A stretch of DNA of 64,000 bases from NCBI RefSeq assembly GCF_040938485.1, contig NW_027271351.1:124001-188000 (forward strand). Direction: 5' to 3'. A model generated the notes under the pieces. It searched no databases and was not told the DNA's origin. It was given only the letters and a program-made list of their open reading frames with translations. The stretch's first letter is position 1. The number at the start of each line of letters is the position of its first letter. This stretch comes from Diadema antillarum (lineage: Eukaryota). Positions 41,005-54,518 of the stretch are shown here, piece by piece. The translations under genes and the position numbers were made by a program.

Positions 41005-41744
41005 GTGAGTATTCGTGTCTTCCCAATCCTTGTGTGTCCCTTAGCGTGCATTGTGAAGATGGTGCACCGGAGACCTGCTGTCAGAGATGCCAACTTTTTT
41101 TCTTTTCTTTTTTTTTTGCAGTATTTCAAACCTTTTTTGCCAGAAATATGCAGGTTTTGTTTCCCCCAGATTGTATTACTACTCATGTCTACTGCAGGAA
41201 AGGTAAAAATACTGTTTTTCCACCCCCACCCCCCCCCCCTCCCCCACACACATATGCACACGTAATGCCTTTTCAGTCCTCATAATACTGCAATGTTGAT
41301 TACAAGGTTGGCATCTGTATGCAGGGATTTGCCCACTTTGTTTTTTTGTTTTTGTTTGTTTGTTTGGTTTTTTTTTGGTATTCATCAACCTCTTTCCCTC
41401 ATTTAGCATTCCTCCAAATTTTATTAGTGGTGATAATTGTATGATAGTAGAAGAATGATTCGTCATCTTTTCTGTTGGTTTTTCTTTAGTCTCAAGTTTC
41501 CTCTTGTTTTGTCAGTGAAAGCTTGTATGAGGGCACCCATTATCAAAGATTCTATGATATTGAGAGCATTATAGTGATCATCATTCTCTGTGTACAACCC
41601 CAAGAAAAAGAATTTGGGATGAAAATTTAGATTTGGGATAAATATTTCAGCACAAAATTGTCAAAGATAATAAAGTTAGCTGTGAAAAAGCAGCCCAGGG
41701 GTAAAATTGTCAGGGGGAACATGCACTCTCAACATTAGACTATT

Positions 41745-42012
41745 CCCTGACATTTTTGCCCCCTGATTTTTTTTTTCCTGACATTTTTACTGCCGACTTT
41801 TTTCCCTGGACATTTTACCCTGGACATTTTCAGCCTTGACATTCTTGTCTCTGACCTTTTTATCTCTGACATTTTCTCCCTTAGATTTTTACTGCTGACT
41901 CCACCCCCCTCCCCCCCCCCCAAAAAAAAAAAAAACAATAATAAAATACCCAAAGTATTTTTTTTTTTTTTTTTTGCCCAGGTGGATGTTTTTCCCCTGA
42001 CATTTTTACCTG
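41745..42012. repeat. Degenerate tandem repeat (ctgacattttt / ctggacatttt)
   Basis: About 8 copies visible. Confidence 0.7.
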
Positions 42013-43610
42013 GAACCAAAATCTTCTCTTGACTTGATTTGTGTTGATATGTTCTATACAACAGTAATTGTCCTCAATTCCCTGTAAGCATTGAATATGA
42101 AAGCCATGCCAATGGGACACAGTTTTATGTTTATAATATGTGCATTTAAAACAGAAATACATATTTCTGACCATATATTGTAATGGACATTGCTTGTCAT
42201 TTATAAACTTCAGGTTTCAAATGAAAAGAATTTTTATAGTTTTTGTTTTGTTTTGTTTTTTAGCCATGATTTTGTATGTAAAAAGCATAATTATGAAGGC
42301 TTCAGAGTCGAACCCTATTTTTAAAACAAAAGATTAACTTTTGATATTCTGTAAATATTTTCGAAATGTGGACTTAGCCTATAGGATAAAAAGGTTTGCA
42401 GGTGGGATGCCATCGACCACAGTGAGCATGGGCATGATTCTGTTTCTTTTTAAATACTTTTGTATGTGCCCTAGGCCCACCTGTAAACATCTGATCAGAT
42501 CAGTCTGTTTTAACATGTATATTGTGCAATTATTTTGCTTCTCTTCTACCTATGCCTTGTCTTATATGTGCACGTTTGTTTTGATGATCTCTGTACATGT
42601 ATGTGGTTTAAACGCTTACATCATCACATCTAGCAGTATGAGACAGATGTCTTGTAGATGCTTTATTTGTGATTCCTTAGAGGCCCAATTTGTTACCTGC
42701 ATGCAACATATTTTGTGCATCACTTTGAAAGTTCCCTTTTGATTGAACATTGAGATTGTATAGTCTAACAGACAATGTGTAAAACCATTGATGGCTTATT
42801 AGGGACATACAGCTGACATTTGTATACTGAATAAACATGTATAATTGCCCCTTTTCACTGTTCATTCATCTACTGTTTTTTTTTTTCTACAAAGAATGTT
42901 GATAACACAGTCATTGCAACCCCCTTTACAATCATTGTTCATAGAATATTCCATATCAACAATTATTTGATGCGAAGGATTCAATTCTGATTTTGCTTTC
43001 ATTTTGAAGAAGGAAAAAATGTGATGAGTAGGAATCTTGTGTGGCAATGACGTATTAATCTCATCTGATTTGCATGTATGTAAATTTGACTGATACTGCT
43101 GTTTTGTGAAAATATGTGAAACTTTACAAATCCCAATATTTTTCCTCATTTGATAATAGATCTGTTTTCAGTGAAATTTGTACTGTACTCTTTGCTTGGT
43201 TGTTGTTCTACAATTATAGTCAAATCTTTTGGATCGTGGAGTGACATTTCCTTTTAACACCTAACTGCATTTGGGCGGTAATCTCTCTCTCTTTCGAATG
43301 CATTAATGTTGACATTTCTACCAGATTATTACAAATATGATAAGTGGCTGGGCACATGTTTGGTTTTGACTGATCCATTATCCATTTGTTTGAAGTATAG
43401 TGCACCTGTTGCTTGAAAGGGACAGTGAAGGGCTTTTGTTTGTTTTCTCTGAATTGGAACAAAGTTTCTCCTTTTTTTTAATAAATATCTGTCTGGATAA
43501 AAACAGAAACAAAAGTGAAATGTAATTGGGCGAGGGACTGTCCCGCTAGGTGATTTGTGTGTCACTGTTCTAGTTTCTCTGCCGTTTGGTAACCCCCACT
43601 ACGACTCCAG

Positions 43611-43703
43611 GAGTGCCAGCTCAGATCTCCCCACCAGTCTTGAGAAGGCGTTTGTGGGTGCTTTCTCGTCCATTCGCTCAGCAGAGGAGGACGAACCCTC
43701 AAG
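43611..43703 (+). CDS. TFCP2: TFCP2 exon 3b (SASSDLPTSLEKAFVGAFSSIRSAEEDEPS)
   Basis: ctccag| and |gtaccc, 93 nt, phase 2-2, open in frame; differences from 3a are mostly synonymous or conservative. Confidence 0.7.
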
Positions 43704-44413
43704 GTACCCGCCCGTTTGGTCTGTTGTGTGGAGACGTACAGGTGTACTGGTTATCCAGTCCAGTGTAGTTCTTCATTCAACTTCCTTCTGTTTTTCTATT
43801 TTTTGTTGTTGTTGTCATGATAGAAGTCCTGCTCACACATGTAGGCACGCCCAACTTTCAAACTACAATGCGCAAGTTCTTTTCAAGCAGTCCATCCTTT
43901 TTATTAAGATTTGTTGTAATTTTTCTGTACACATGTTGTGTATGCATTACGATATGAACACTGTACACTTTGATTCCATTATTTGCTTGCAGTTTCTTCG
44001 TATTAATCCACTGAAATGATGTTCATTCATTTCTAATTCTAACCCCTATCTTCCCTGTTCAATTTTGCAATTTCTTATTAAACCCATCCAGAGGTAGCTG
44101 TAGCTTAATTTAGCCTTGTGCTCATTATGCAAGTTTTTTTACTTTAATATGTACTACCATGTATCTGTGCATTCAAGCTGATTTGCAAAACTGTAGTCTT
44201 GTGCATGACATTTCAAGTTACGACAATGAAAAGAATGATGTAGAATTCTACCCACCTTGATGCAAATTTATTAATTGTTAACTAGATTTTTCCCTATAAC
44301 TTGTAACGATTTTTGTATAGTCAGGAGGACTTCTGTTTGATCCATGTATTTTATGCTGTCATGGCAATATCATGAGATGACCACATTTTATGAGATAGAA
44401 TGGAGAATGCATA

Positions 44414-45096
44414 ATGCTGCGTTTTCACCATGTTCCCGGTGGCCACAGCAGTCACGTTTCAGGACACCGTGGACAAAAGGGGATTGACGTGAGACAGGAT
44501 AGGCAAACGTGACTGACTGTGATTGCCGTGGATGCCGTGTCAGATTTTAAAACTTGCCACTGCAGTCCCGGTGATAATGAGGAACCTTGTATGCTGTAAT
44601 AAGACAGGGTGAATGCAACAAGACACGAAGGCACGTAATAGGCCGTAACAAAACTTGGAGGCGGTCCGTAGTGGGAAAATATTGATAGATGTCTACCCTG
44701 ACCAGACGCTGTGAGAACAGGGTCTGATAGCTGTACGTTCACTGGGGCGAGGACTGGACGGAACAAAACTAGAATACGAAGGAGGGAAAACAGGAGACTG
44801 TCTTATCTACCCACAGCGCATTACGTTACAGGCAAACTGGGCTGCCGTGGCTGTCGGGAACATGGTGTACTGCAAACGTCCATATTTTTGTGTGATTAAT
44901 TTTTGCGCTAAGCGGCTCAAAAACACTTTCGCAGGTTTGTAATTCGCGCTGCGCAACTGTCAACCTGTTCACAATGTCCAGAGAAAATTGTGAAGATATT
45001 TTTGCGGGTTTAAGAATTCACGCTAGCCAGAAGTAGCGCGAAATACATGAAAATTAATGTACCGCGAAATTTCTGCATTTACAGTAAACGCAGCAT
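44414..45096. mobile_element. Harbinger-like MITE with a nested TA element in its right TIR
   Basis: Left atgctgcgttttcaccatg; right catggtgta[44868-45086 insert]aacgcagcat. Confidence 0.65.
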
Positions 45097-47214
45097 ATGG
45101 AAGGACTAGAGGGTGAGGGGAGGAATAATGCTATTAAAGGACTGTGATTCTAACAGAATGCTTGAGGCATAATGTACTTTGTGGACAGATTATAAGGGAT
45201 TCTGTGGAGTGGGAGGGCTTGCCCAGTGTGGGTATATTCAAGAATCCCCATAACAAAATTGTGTACAGCTTTATCACTGATCTCTATTTGAAAGTACACA
45301 GACAGCCGAACAAACACACAAAACAGTACAGTCACAAATAGTACAGTCACATACACTTGCAAACATATTTTTTTTAAAGAGGGTGAGTAAAGGTGGGGAA
45401 ATTGCCGCTGGCATGATAAACATAAATTTGTACATATAGGATAGAGGGTGATTGATTGTCCTCGTCATGCGCACTAAAATGAACTCGAGTTTGAGAATGA
45501 AGCAAAACATGTTTACCGACGTGATGCTGCTCTCTTGCACAATCTCACAGATTGTTTTCCACTGCCAGATGGCAAATGTTCATATGCACAATTGGCATTC
45601 TTCAACTTTGCTGAATTTTTATGGGGGGAAAAGGCCGCTGTAATCTTGGATTGTAAATCTCTGTTATTGCTTGTTTGGATTTAGTCACCAGTTTCTGACA
45701 ATCATGGAGAACAACGAGTGATTCAGCCAAAGTTTGTCGGGATTAAACTGGGTTATAGCTAAGGATTATGTGATGACAGCAACACATAAAAGATTTGTTA
45801 CTTCAAAATGTGTTCAAGATGGGTCCATTGCGATAGCTAGCTTGTGATCATCAAGTTATAGCCACACAATAAAGATTTTATGTTAAGGATGCAAACTCGT
45901 CATTTTGATTTCATGTCCAAAAAGGAAATTTAGTGTGTGGAGGTCATTTGGAGACTTGAGGCACCTTAACTTCACCACCTTGTCATATTTGAATGTATGA
46001 TTGCATCCATTGTTAATGTTTCATGAAAACATTGAATGAGACACTTAAGTCTACAACTTTCTCAATCAATTTTTTGTTTGTTTTTTTTTTTGTCCAAATG
46101 TGATAAACTCAGAGATGTAATCTTTTAGTTCATGAGAATTCACCTGACTCACTGAAGTCAATTTCAGCGTGGAGTGGCAGTTCTCTTTTGCATTATAGAT
46201 TGTTGAACCTTTTCCGATGGTAGTTATGAAGTTTCAGAACTTTTATTTCTAGGGTTGAAATGAATTGGTTCTACAAATATTTTTGTGTTTTATTTTTTAT
46301 TCCACATAGATCTGATGCGTTATATCAGGATAAGTTGTAATCTAACTCTTTCATATGGCAGACTGTAGTTCGTGATAGAATTGTACATGCAATTGAACAT
46401 TGCAGCTTAGTCATACTAACATTGTAGTTGTGTTAAAATGTAAAATGTTGAAGATCAACCCAGTACTGGGCTTCTGTAGAAGTGTAGGCTATCATGTGCT
46501 TTTGTCACTGACTAAGGACTAGCATTAATATTCATTGTTCAATCAGGCACATATACATGTATATTGAGCTCCAGAAAGTGACTAGCAATGTTATTCACTT
46601 CGAGAATCGTTGGATTCAAAGAATGTTTCCATTTCTCTGTATTGTATAGAGCTTTGTGATTGAAACCATGTAAAAATTCTATAGTAACTTCAGTTCCAAG
46701 TCATCCTCATGTTATGTGATTGTCATCACTAGACTGCACTGCACTTGTTTCAGATTTGGAGTGTGTGATAGAAATGTAAGAGCATGTTTAGTAGTTCATG
46801 TAGTGCTTAGAGATTTTATTTACTTTTTTTGTAGTGGTGCACACCATATGTAACAAGACGGAAAACACGGCACAAAGTATTTGACCATCTAGAAGTGCAT
46901 GTTCCTACCAGGTGCCATTTATCTTTATATGTATCCTAGCTTTTCACATTTGCTGTGGTGAAGTTTGTTTTATAAATCACTGTGGTGGTGGCATATTGAT
47001 AATGATACTACATGTACCGATTTCGTAATAATGCAGCTTCCAGATATTTCTCATCCTAGTCATGGTCATACTTTTATTAATGGAAATACACTACCCTTGT
47101 GTTTGAAATGAAAGTGAAAAGACAAGTTGACTCTGGCCGGCCCTTCGTGCTTGCATGATTCTTGTGGATCTCTTGCAACATGTTTTAACAATGGGAGTCA
47201 TGGTTTCCTTGCAG

Positions 47215-47356
47215 TTTTCAAGTCATACTGAATGCAGCAACCTCTCCAGCCACTAAGGTTAATGAGGAGACACTGACCTACCTCAACCAGGGACAGTCCT
47301 ACGAGCTGAAAATCAAAAGGCAGGGTGCTAAGGAATACGAGGGAAAGCTATTCAAG
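47215..47356 (+). CDS. TFCP2: TFCP2 exon (FQVILNAATSPATKVNEETLTYLNQGQSYELKIKRQGAKEYEGKLFK)
   Basis: CP2 domain start; gcag| and |gtacct, phase 2 to 0. Confidence 0.96.
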
Positions 47357-47902
47357 GTACCTTGGTCTCAGGAGGGAGGGAAGGGGGTGTTTCACATAGA
47401 ATTTAAGTCAGTCTTAAAAGTAAGAGGGGAATGAAACCAAAACACATATTTGGATTGAATGACTGCTGCAATATTAGCAGAGCACGTCAGTGAAAGTTTG
47501 AGGAAAATCGGACAATACATTCAAAAGTTATTAATTTTTAAAATTTTGGTGCAGCCATCACTGGATGAGAAAACTACTATAGTTTGTGGCATCACATATG
47601 AAGAACAATATAAGGAAAATATGAAGAAACTTTGACATATTATCTCTTTTCCAGCATAATGATACAGGACTTGACTTCCTTCTTTCAGAAAGCGAGGGAA
47701 TAATATTACCCTTGTTAAAGTTAATATAAATTTGTAAAAATGAGGGAATGTGTACTTACAAAAAATAGAATATTGTTGAATTGTCTACAAGAGCTGCAGA
47801 GTCAGAAAACAAAATCTAAATTTGTATTTTCTAAGGATTGGTATTTACTCCTTGAGTGTTGATTGGTCAGACATTCATTTTTGCCTCATTAACATCCTCC
47901 AG

Positions 47903-48115
47903 AGTGTCGTAAGGGTGCTTTTCCACGACAAGAGGTTACAGTACACCGAGCAGGCACAGATCCACGGCTGGAAGACCAACAGGCCCGGAGAGCGCATCCT
48001 CCGCATTGACCTACCTCTCTCATACAACATCGTCAAGTACAATACAGCTTCACAGAACATCAACGCCGTTGAGTTCTTTTGGGATCCGTCCTCCACAGTC
48101 GGCTGCTTTCTACAG
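47903..48115 (+). CDS. TFCP2: TFCP2 exon (SVVRVLFHDKRLQYTE...AVEFFWDPSSTVGCFLQ)
   Basis: CP2 domain; ccag| and |gttagg, phase 0-0. Confidence 0.96.
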
Positions 48116-48221
48116 GTTAGGCACTCTGAGCATATAATCTATGTTGGTCTTTGCAATTGTTTCTTATAAATCAGCGAGAGGTAGAAATGTGCACTAATGG
48201 CACCAGGCAGTAGTAAAGACT

Positions 48222-49046
48222 TTAAGCCAAAACATAGTTCTGGTACGCCTGCAAAAGTTGTCAAATTTCGCTCCCAAATGTGAACGTATGCCAAGGAAAT
48301 GTGCGGAATAACACTGTAATAACAAGATATTCGATGGGTAACGACGAAAATGCGAAATATTAACCAAAAAAGTTCAGTCTCAGAACTTACCCGAATGGGG
48401 TCAGGCTAAACTCGGACTTGGGGATAGCTCGGCCTCGCTTTGTGATGTCCGGCTGAGTTGTATTGGTTGTCCCTCTGGATTGTACAGTGTTGTACTATGG
48501 GAGAGGCCTGTATAGACTAGCGCTTCGCATTCTGGCTACTCACAGTAATGGTCCGAGTTGTTACAACGCGCGCATCAAAAACCTCTTTGACCTCTAAAAC
48601 CAATCAAAGACGCTTGATACACAACAACAAAAACTTCAAAGACAGCGTGTGTCAGCAATTGAGGTGATGTGCGTATAGGCATGAGGACCGCCCGCTGTCC
48701 ATTTGTTTTGTACAGGATTAGCACGCACTTTCTTGTCTGTTCAGTTAGGCCTCGTTTGGTATTATACAGTAGAATATGACAATCATGAACTGCGTGTAAG
48801 TCTGAAATAGGGTTGAGTTTTCCCTGAGACCAAGTTAGTCTGGATCCTTCTGGAATAAAAGTCGGTTTTCTGACTTTTTCTGACTTTTATTATTTTTCTC
48901 AAAATACTCCAGAATGACTCATCATCCAAGCAAATCGCGTTAGCCTTGTAAGTTTCTTTGTAGACTCTTTCGATATATTGCAAGCAAATATGAAATGGTG
49001 CCAGAAAGGTTCTCAAGCCCTTACCAGAACTATGTTTTCACTTTAA
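48222..49046. mobile_element. TTAA-flanked non-autonomous DNA transposon, about 820 bp
   Basis: 17-bp IR aaaacatagttctggta next to TTAA at both ends. Confidence 0.7.
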
Positions 49047-49317
49047 TGAGTGCATCAAGATTATTGCCTTGCAGAGCAAGAGGAAAGTAGAATGTACAAA
49101 TGTACAATTTGTAGGTATGTATTTTCTGAACATAAACATCATCACTTGTTTAGGATTTATTGCCTCACCAGCTCTACCACTTGGTAAGTATACAAATACA
49201 AGAATCAAATAGGGGCAGCATAAGAACAAATTGAGGACTAGTCAACCAGATGATGTCAGTATCTCAAATACAACAAGCTCCAACCTTCATTGTTGTTTGT
49301 AAGACAAGTTGATGCAG

Positions 49318-49709
49318 TTAAAGGGATAGTACAGTATTGGTGGAGATGAGAATTGGGCTTGTAACTTTTTGCAAGATACCAAGAAAACACTTATTATATA
49401 GTACAGAACATATCAGTTTAAGAGGAATTCAAAGTTTATTTGATGAAAATCGGGTTTGGAATATTCACTGAAACATCCAAAAACAAAGTAAAACAAAGCG
49501 ATCATAATAAAGTGTGGGTCCCACACTTTATTAGAATCGCTCTTTTTTGGATATCTCAGCCATTCCAAAACCAATTGTCATCAAATAATGTTGAATTCCT
49601 CATAGAATTACATGCTCTTTCATATTTTATAAGAGGTTTCTCATTATCTCACCAAAAAATGTTAGAAACCTGAAATCATGTCTCAACCAGAACTGTACAA
49701 TCCCTTTAA
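49318..49709. mobile_element. ttaaaggg...ccctttaa MITE (Kolobok-like), intact copy
   Basis: TIR aagggat(a/t)gtacagt, TTAA flanks. Confidence 0.8.
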
Positions 49710-50703
49710 CATTCTGATGGGTCTTGATTTCTAGTTGATGTTTTCAACAAATAATAACTAGTGTCTTTTTAACTTGGTGTACCCCAACAGCAGTGTATGT
49801 GTGTGCTGGATTATTATTTTAGCTATTTATGTAGGCTCAAAGTGTTTTGTAAGTATAGAAAGCTCTGTGCTCACTTCAGTCAGGCATCAAAGTCATCCAA
49901 TCTGCATGAATTAATTCTCCAAGTTATGTTAATACATTTTGGATCTATTACTTTATTCATACTGTGGCCAAAATTTGGATCCTCCTAGAACCGTTGCGTA
50001 AACTCTTTCGAAAAACCAATCGCTTGTCTATTCATACTGCTTGGGCCGCCTGCTCAGATTTGCCCAAAAAGGCACTGACTGTCTCCGTTCTCATAGTAAC
50101 TGAGTACCCCTCCAGTAAACTGCGCACTTTTAGATACCACATTCTCACAGAAACTTGAGCTGTGTTTGCTGTAGCTCTATGGTTAGCTCATCTTCTGTCA
50201 CATGTTTATGTCAAAGGGCGATGACCTGCAGTGATTACCTTCCGGGTCTGCAAAAAGCTGTTTTCTCAAAAAGTGGAGCATTCATACTCTGAAACCACCC
50301 CCTGTAGGTGGTTGTCAGAACCTGATCGGATTTGATCGCCCTTTCCATCGTCTGTTTTTATACTGAGCTAAAAGGCTGTTTGAGGCTGCTTGAGGAGGCT
50401 CCAGAAATTGACAGTTACTTGGTTTAAATGGGATACTGTATACGCCATATATTTAGCGAGTCTAAATTTTTGTGTATCGGGACTTCCCGACAATTTCGCG
50501 AGTGGTTGAATTCGCAATCGTGGAGTACAGTACTGAACGAAGAAATGTATACGTGCCTATCATATTCACGTCTGGATCAGAGACAATATTGTGGAGCATC
50601 TTTAAATTTGCAAATAGCACCTGACTCGTGAAATTCGTGAAAGTAAAAACCTATTGAAATATTTGGCATGTACAGTATATGTTTGTCCAATTATGCTGCA
50701 CAG

Positions 50704-50853
50704 ATCCACTGCATAAGTTCGGAATTCACGGCCAAGAAACATGGTGGAGAGAAGGGGGTGGTCTTCAGGATACAGGTCGACACATACTACGTGGATGATG
50801 ACGGTACGGAGAAACATCTACACTCTGCCAACTGTCAGGTCAAAGTATTCAAG
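50704..50853 (+). CDS. TFCP2: TFCP2 exon ([27 protein letters not shown]...[10 protein letters not shown])
   Basis: CP2 domain core; cacag| and |gtgagg, phase 0-0. Confidence 0.97.
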
Positions 50854-51423
50854 GTGAGGTCAGAGAATAGTTAAACGCTTCTGTGAATATTGCACATCAA
50901 ATTAGTCGCATTACATGTTCCTGAGATAGTGATAGCGGTCTTAATCACTTAATATGTGAATAAGATGATTAAGATATGATTGTCTAATTTGCATATTATG
51001 CAAATTAGATGTGAGCATGTCATTGCCTCACTAATCTGCAATTGACCCACACATAAATCTTCACTGAATATTCATGCTTGAAATAAAATGCACAAGGCAA
51101 ATAGAGGAGGAGGAGCTGACATGATACAACTGAGTTGCCAATTTGTGCTTGATAGATGACAACTTCAGAAAATCGTAAATTTCTTAATTTTTATCATATT
51201 TGCTCGAATTTCACTGTGCTGTTCCTCTGATTATTGTTCTTCTATTCACACAAACCAATTTTCAAGGTGGAATTCCCCTTCAAAGTTTTCAAAGTGAAGC
51301 AGCCCTCTTATAGATGACTATGGTGCCTCTCTTAAATGTTTCATAGCATGATGTATGAATGATGTAATTTGTCCCACACTGGAGAGATTCTTTGACCCTA
51401 GTGTCTTTATGTGTGTCCCACAG

Positions 51424-51528
51424 CCAAAGGGAGCTGACAGGAAACACAAGACAGACCGAGAAAAGATGGAGAAGAAGACGGATAGACACAAGTACCAACC
51501 TTCCTACGAGTGTACAGTTCTTACCGAG
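51424..51528 (+). CDS. TFCP2: TFCP2 exon ([35 protein letters not shown])
   Basis: End of CP2 domain; cacag| and |gtgcat, phase 0-0. Confidence 0.96.
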
Positions 51529-52304
51529 GTGCATATATCCTTTTGTATTCAATATATTGAGAGCTTGATCTAAGGGCTTATTGCAGCTTTAGCAGAAGGT
51601 AATTCTTTTTGTGTCTGCTAAATATCACCTGCTCGTAAAAGATGTTGATATAAAACATTTGTAGGAAATGTATGTACTTGAATCTATGAAGATCCGCAGA
51701 ATTTATGCCTAAATGTTAGGCAAGGAAGAAGTGCTTGCCAGAAGAGTTGACAGTGAGTCAAATTTTCTCCTTACCATTATTAAACAGAAAAATCTTCAGA
51801 AATTCAGTTTTGGCTCTGATGTTGCCAATTTCTACCCATTCCACAGACAATACTGAGAGGAGGGAAATATGGAAGATTCACTCAGGTATTCTGGTGTCAC
51901 TTCATGGGATGTTTAAAAACAGATTTACCAGGGGGTGTTTGTTTCTTTTCTCATCAAATCTGTGCTAACGCATAGCGCACAAATATTGCCTACTGTGACT
52001 CAAATAATGTCGTGGTCAATATTTGTTTTATATACTGAACAAGACTTAAATATTCCATTTGTACAGGCATTATACCTTTCTGATATCAAATTTCTTGCAA
52101 GCCGTCATTTGTGCATGGAGCTAGCTGGCATTGTATTTACGCTAGATGGTGGCTGCAAATGCACACAAACTGTATCAAAGGTGTCATTATACTGCGACCT
52201 CTCTCTCAAGTCCTGAGAGATTTGTTGGAGTCTGTAGAACTCCTCGTACTGTGGCATTCAACTTACAGTGAGGTATATATATGATTATCTGGTCTCTACT
52301 CCAG

Positions 52305-52501
52305 TGTTCTCATGATGCTGGGCAGCCGTCCTCCTTACAAATCACCAGCAGCCCCCTCCCATACCACAACGACAGCTTTTCCTCCATAGAGCAGCAGAAC
52401 TACCCAAACATTGAGCAGAGTTTTTCGTCCATAGACCAGAGCTTTGGGGCCACGCCGGACAGGTCAGCGAACTTAGCCAATTGCAGCGCAGCTTTTGAAA
52501 G
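52305..52501 (+). CDS. TFCP2: TFCP2 linker exon (CSHDAGQPSSLQ...), two possible in-frame donors (after 52462 or 52501)
   Basis: ctccag| acceptor, phase 0; donors ag|gtcagc and ag|gtaaca are both phase 2, 39 nt apart. Confidence 0.8.
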
Positions 52502-53226
52502 GTAACATTGAATCTTGGATTTATTTTAAGAGGGGGGGGGGGGATGGTTGGGGGCAGGGTGAAGGGGGAGTAATCTGAATCTTAGAATGAAGACACTTCG
52601 CAGACATTCATTTTTCTTAGAAGAAAAATGCACAAGTCGATTTACAAATGATTTGTTGGATGACTCTTACAAGCTGTTGACAAGTAATGAGTGGTTAGCA
52701 TACTTTTAGGACAAAATTCTATGGTGCTTTAATATCTATCCTGATTTAAATGATAGCACAGCTTTTGAAGAGTAAAGGCATGATTGGGTACTTGCATCAT
52801 TCCTATTTCCTTTGTACAGGTCATTAAATGCAGATGGCTGCATTATCTGAAAATGAAAAAGTATATTTTGTGTTAATGGTTTGTTTTTTTTTTTCAACCT
52901 TAAAATAAGGGCCATTCATGTGTGAGACTCTTGATTTGTCAGGTTCTTGAAACTGGTAACCCTTTAGCTATGCTTCAAGCAGCTTCTGTAGGCAGAAGTT
53001 TAGCACTTTGTCAGATTTGTTCTACGCTAATTGAATGATTTATCAGTGGAATGTATTCTCAATGTCAACATCGTAACAAACTTAGTGTCAAAGTTGCACT
53101 AGTAAAGTTTTATGAGTAAAAATGAACTGCTGCTGGTTGAATGTTTTAAACATGAAACTGTAGTCACATTACAAGACTGTGACATTTCTCCCCTCTGTGC
53201 ATCATTGACCATTTTCTCCTCTGCAG

Positions 53227-53290
53227 GTCTCCCGCTTCTACTTCAAATCATGTACTCTCACCGGAAGTTCCTCAGCCCGCCACACTCATG
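53227..53290 (+). CDS. TFCP2: TFCP2 linker exon (SPASTSNHVLSPEVPQPATLM)
   Basis: ctgcag| and |gtaagc, phase 2 to 0; bridges the flanking exon phases. Confidence 0.8.
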
Positions 53291-54303
53291 GTAAGCTTCT
53301 CTCAGACAGATTACCCAAGTAGAGCAGTCAGATAATTTTGTGATCTAGATTTTAATTCTGCATTCCATAGTAAACATCACTTAATAGTGACTTCGTTTTC
53401 CCCTCGCTTTAGTTCGTGAATTTCACATCTTCTTCACTTCTCTCTATTATTTCCATGATTTTCAAACCTTCTCCCTCCTCCCTCCTTTCTGTTTCATCTT
53501 TCTCCTTCCACCGACTTCCAAACCCTTTACCTGATTCTTATTCTGTTCTTCATTACAATTGTCCGTGTCTCCTATTCTCTCATCTCCACTTGTGCAACTT
53601 CATCTTCCAGCTCACCACTTTTCCTCAATTGTCACCATTTGCCTTCCTTACACACTCCCTATGTCATTTCCCTCCTCCACTCTCCTCTTTGTAAGGTCCT
53701 CCTTTGCCAAACAACAGTCCCTGCAAGGACCACATGCATGTGGTGTTACTACAAGCCTCTCTTCCTCATTTATGTCACTATGCAAACTTTCAAACAAAAC
53801 ATTATTTTTTGTCATTTTCACAATGATATCATGCATGGTTCAACATTATTACGATGATGTATGTCTTTTGAGAGTAAGATACACCCCAAACTTATATTGT
53901 CTGCCCAGTAATAGATATGCAATTCGAAAGTTTGATACAGAATGAAGTGACGTGTGGAAAAAGTAATAGCATTGTGGATAGTGACATCAGTCTTTTTAGG
54001 TCCTAATTTGACTTGTTGGAATGCTGCTGAATTCTTCTTATGCTATATTTTCTGAATGAGGATTGATAGGCAAGAGATTTGCTAGCCCTGTCTCAACTTA
54101 GATGGTTTTGATATGATGAGATTGTATGTTCTTGTTTGATTCACTAACATTCATCTAAATCTAATACTCTGATGTTGGTTGAAGCTACAGGTTCTGCTTA
54201 CCACATTCGTTTAAAGTAAATCTCACTGTGGATAAAAGTCAAAGTTTCCAACCCCATTACTGATTATTGATTGAACATCTCCCTTTTTTTCCTTTGCATG
54301 CAG

Positions 54304-54397
54304 CCATTACATCCCCATTTTACAGCAGCTCAGACACAAGAATGGCTGAAACAGAACCGCTTTGAAAACTACTGCAAATTATTCCAGAACTTCGCAG
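54304..54397 (+). CDS. TFCP2: TFCP2 SAM-like exon 1 (PLHPHFTAAQTQEWLKQNRFENYCKLFQNFA)
   Basis: tgcag| and |gtagga, phase 0 to 1; WL..NRF motif. Confidence 0.94.
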
Positions 54398-54518
54398 GTA
54401 GGAGACCTTCATCCAGCCACTGTCTTCTGTTAGTCTTGCCATATGGGTAGAGAATCTGTAATCAGTAGAAGGAAATATTTGGCATTATGATATGATAAAT
54501 GGTAATTAAGTAATTCTT

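Noticed and set aside
50983-51009. Perfect palindrome with two inverted octamer (ATTTGCAT) sites
   Set aside because: It lies in repeat-like sequence related to the about 32000-32289 MITE, where atttgcatat recurs; no evidence of regulatory function.
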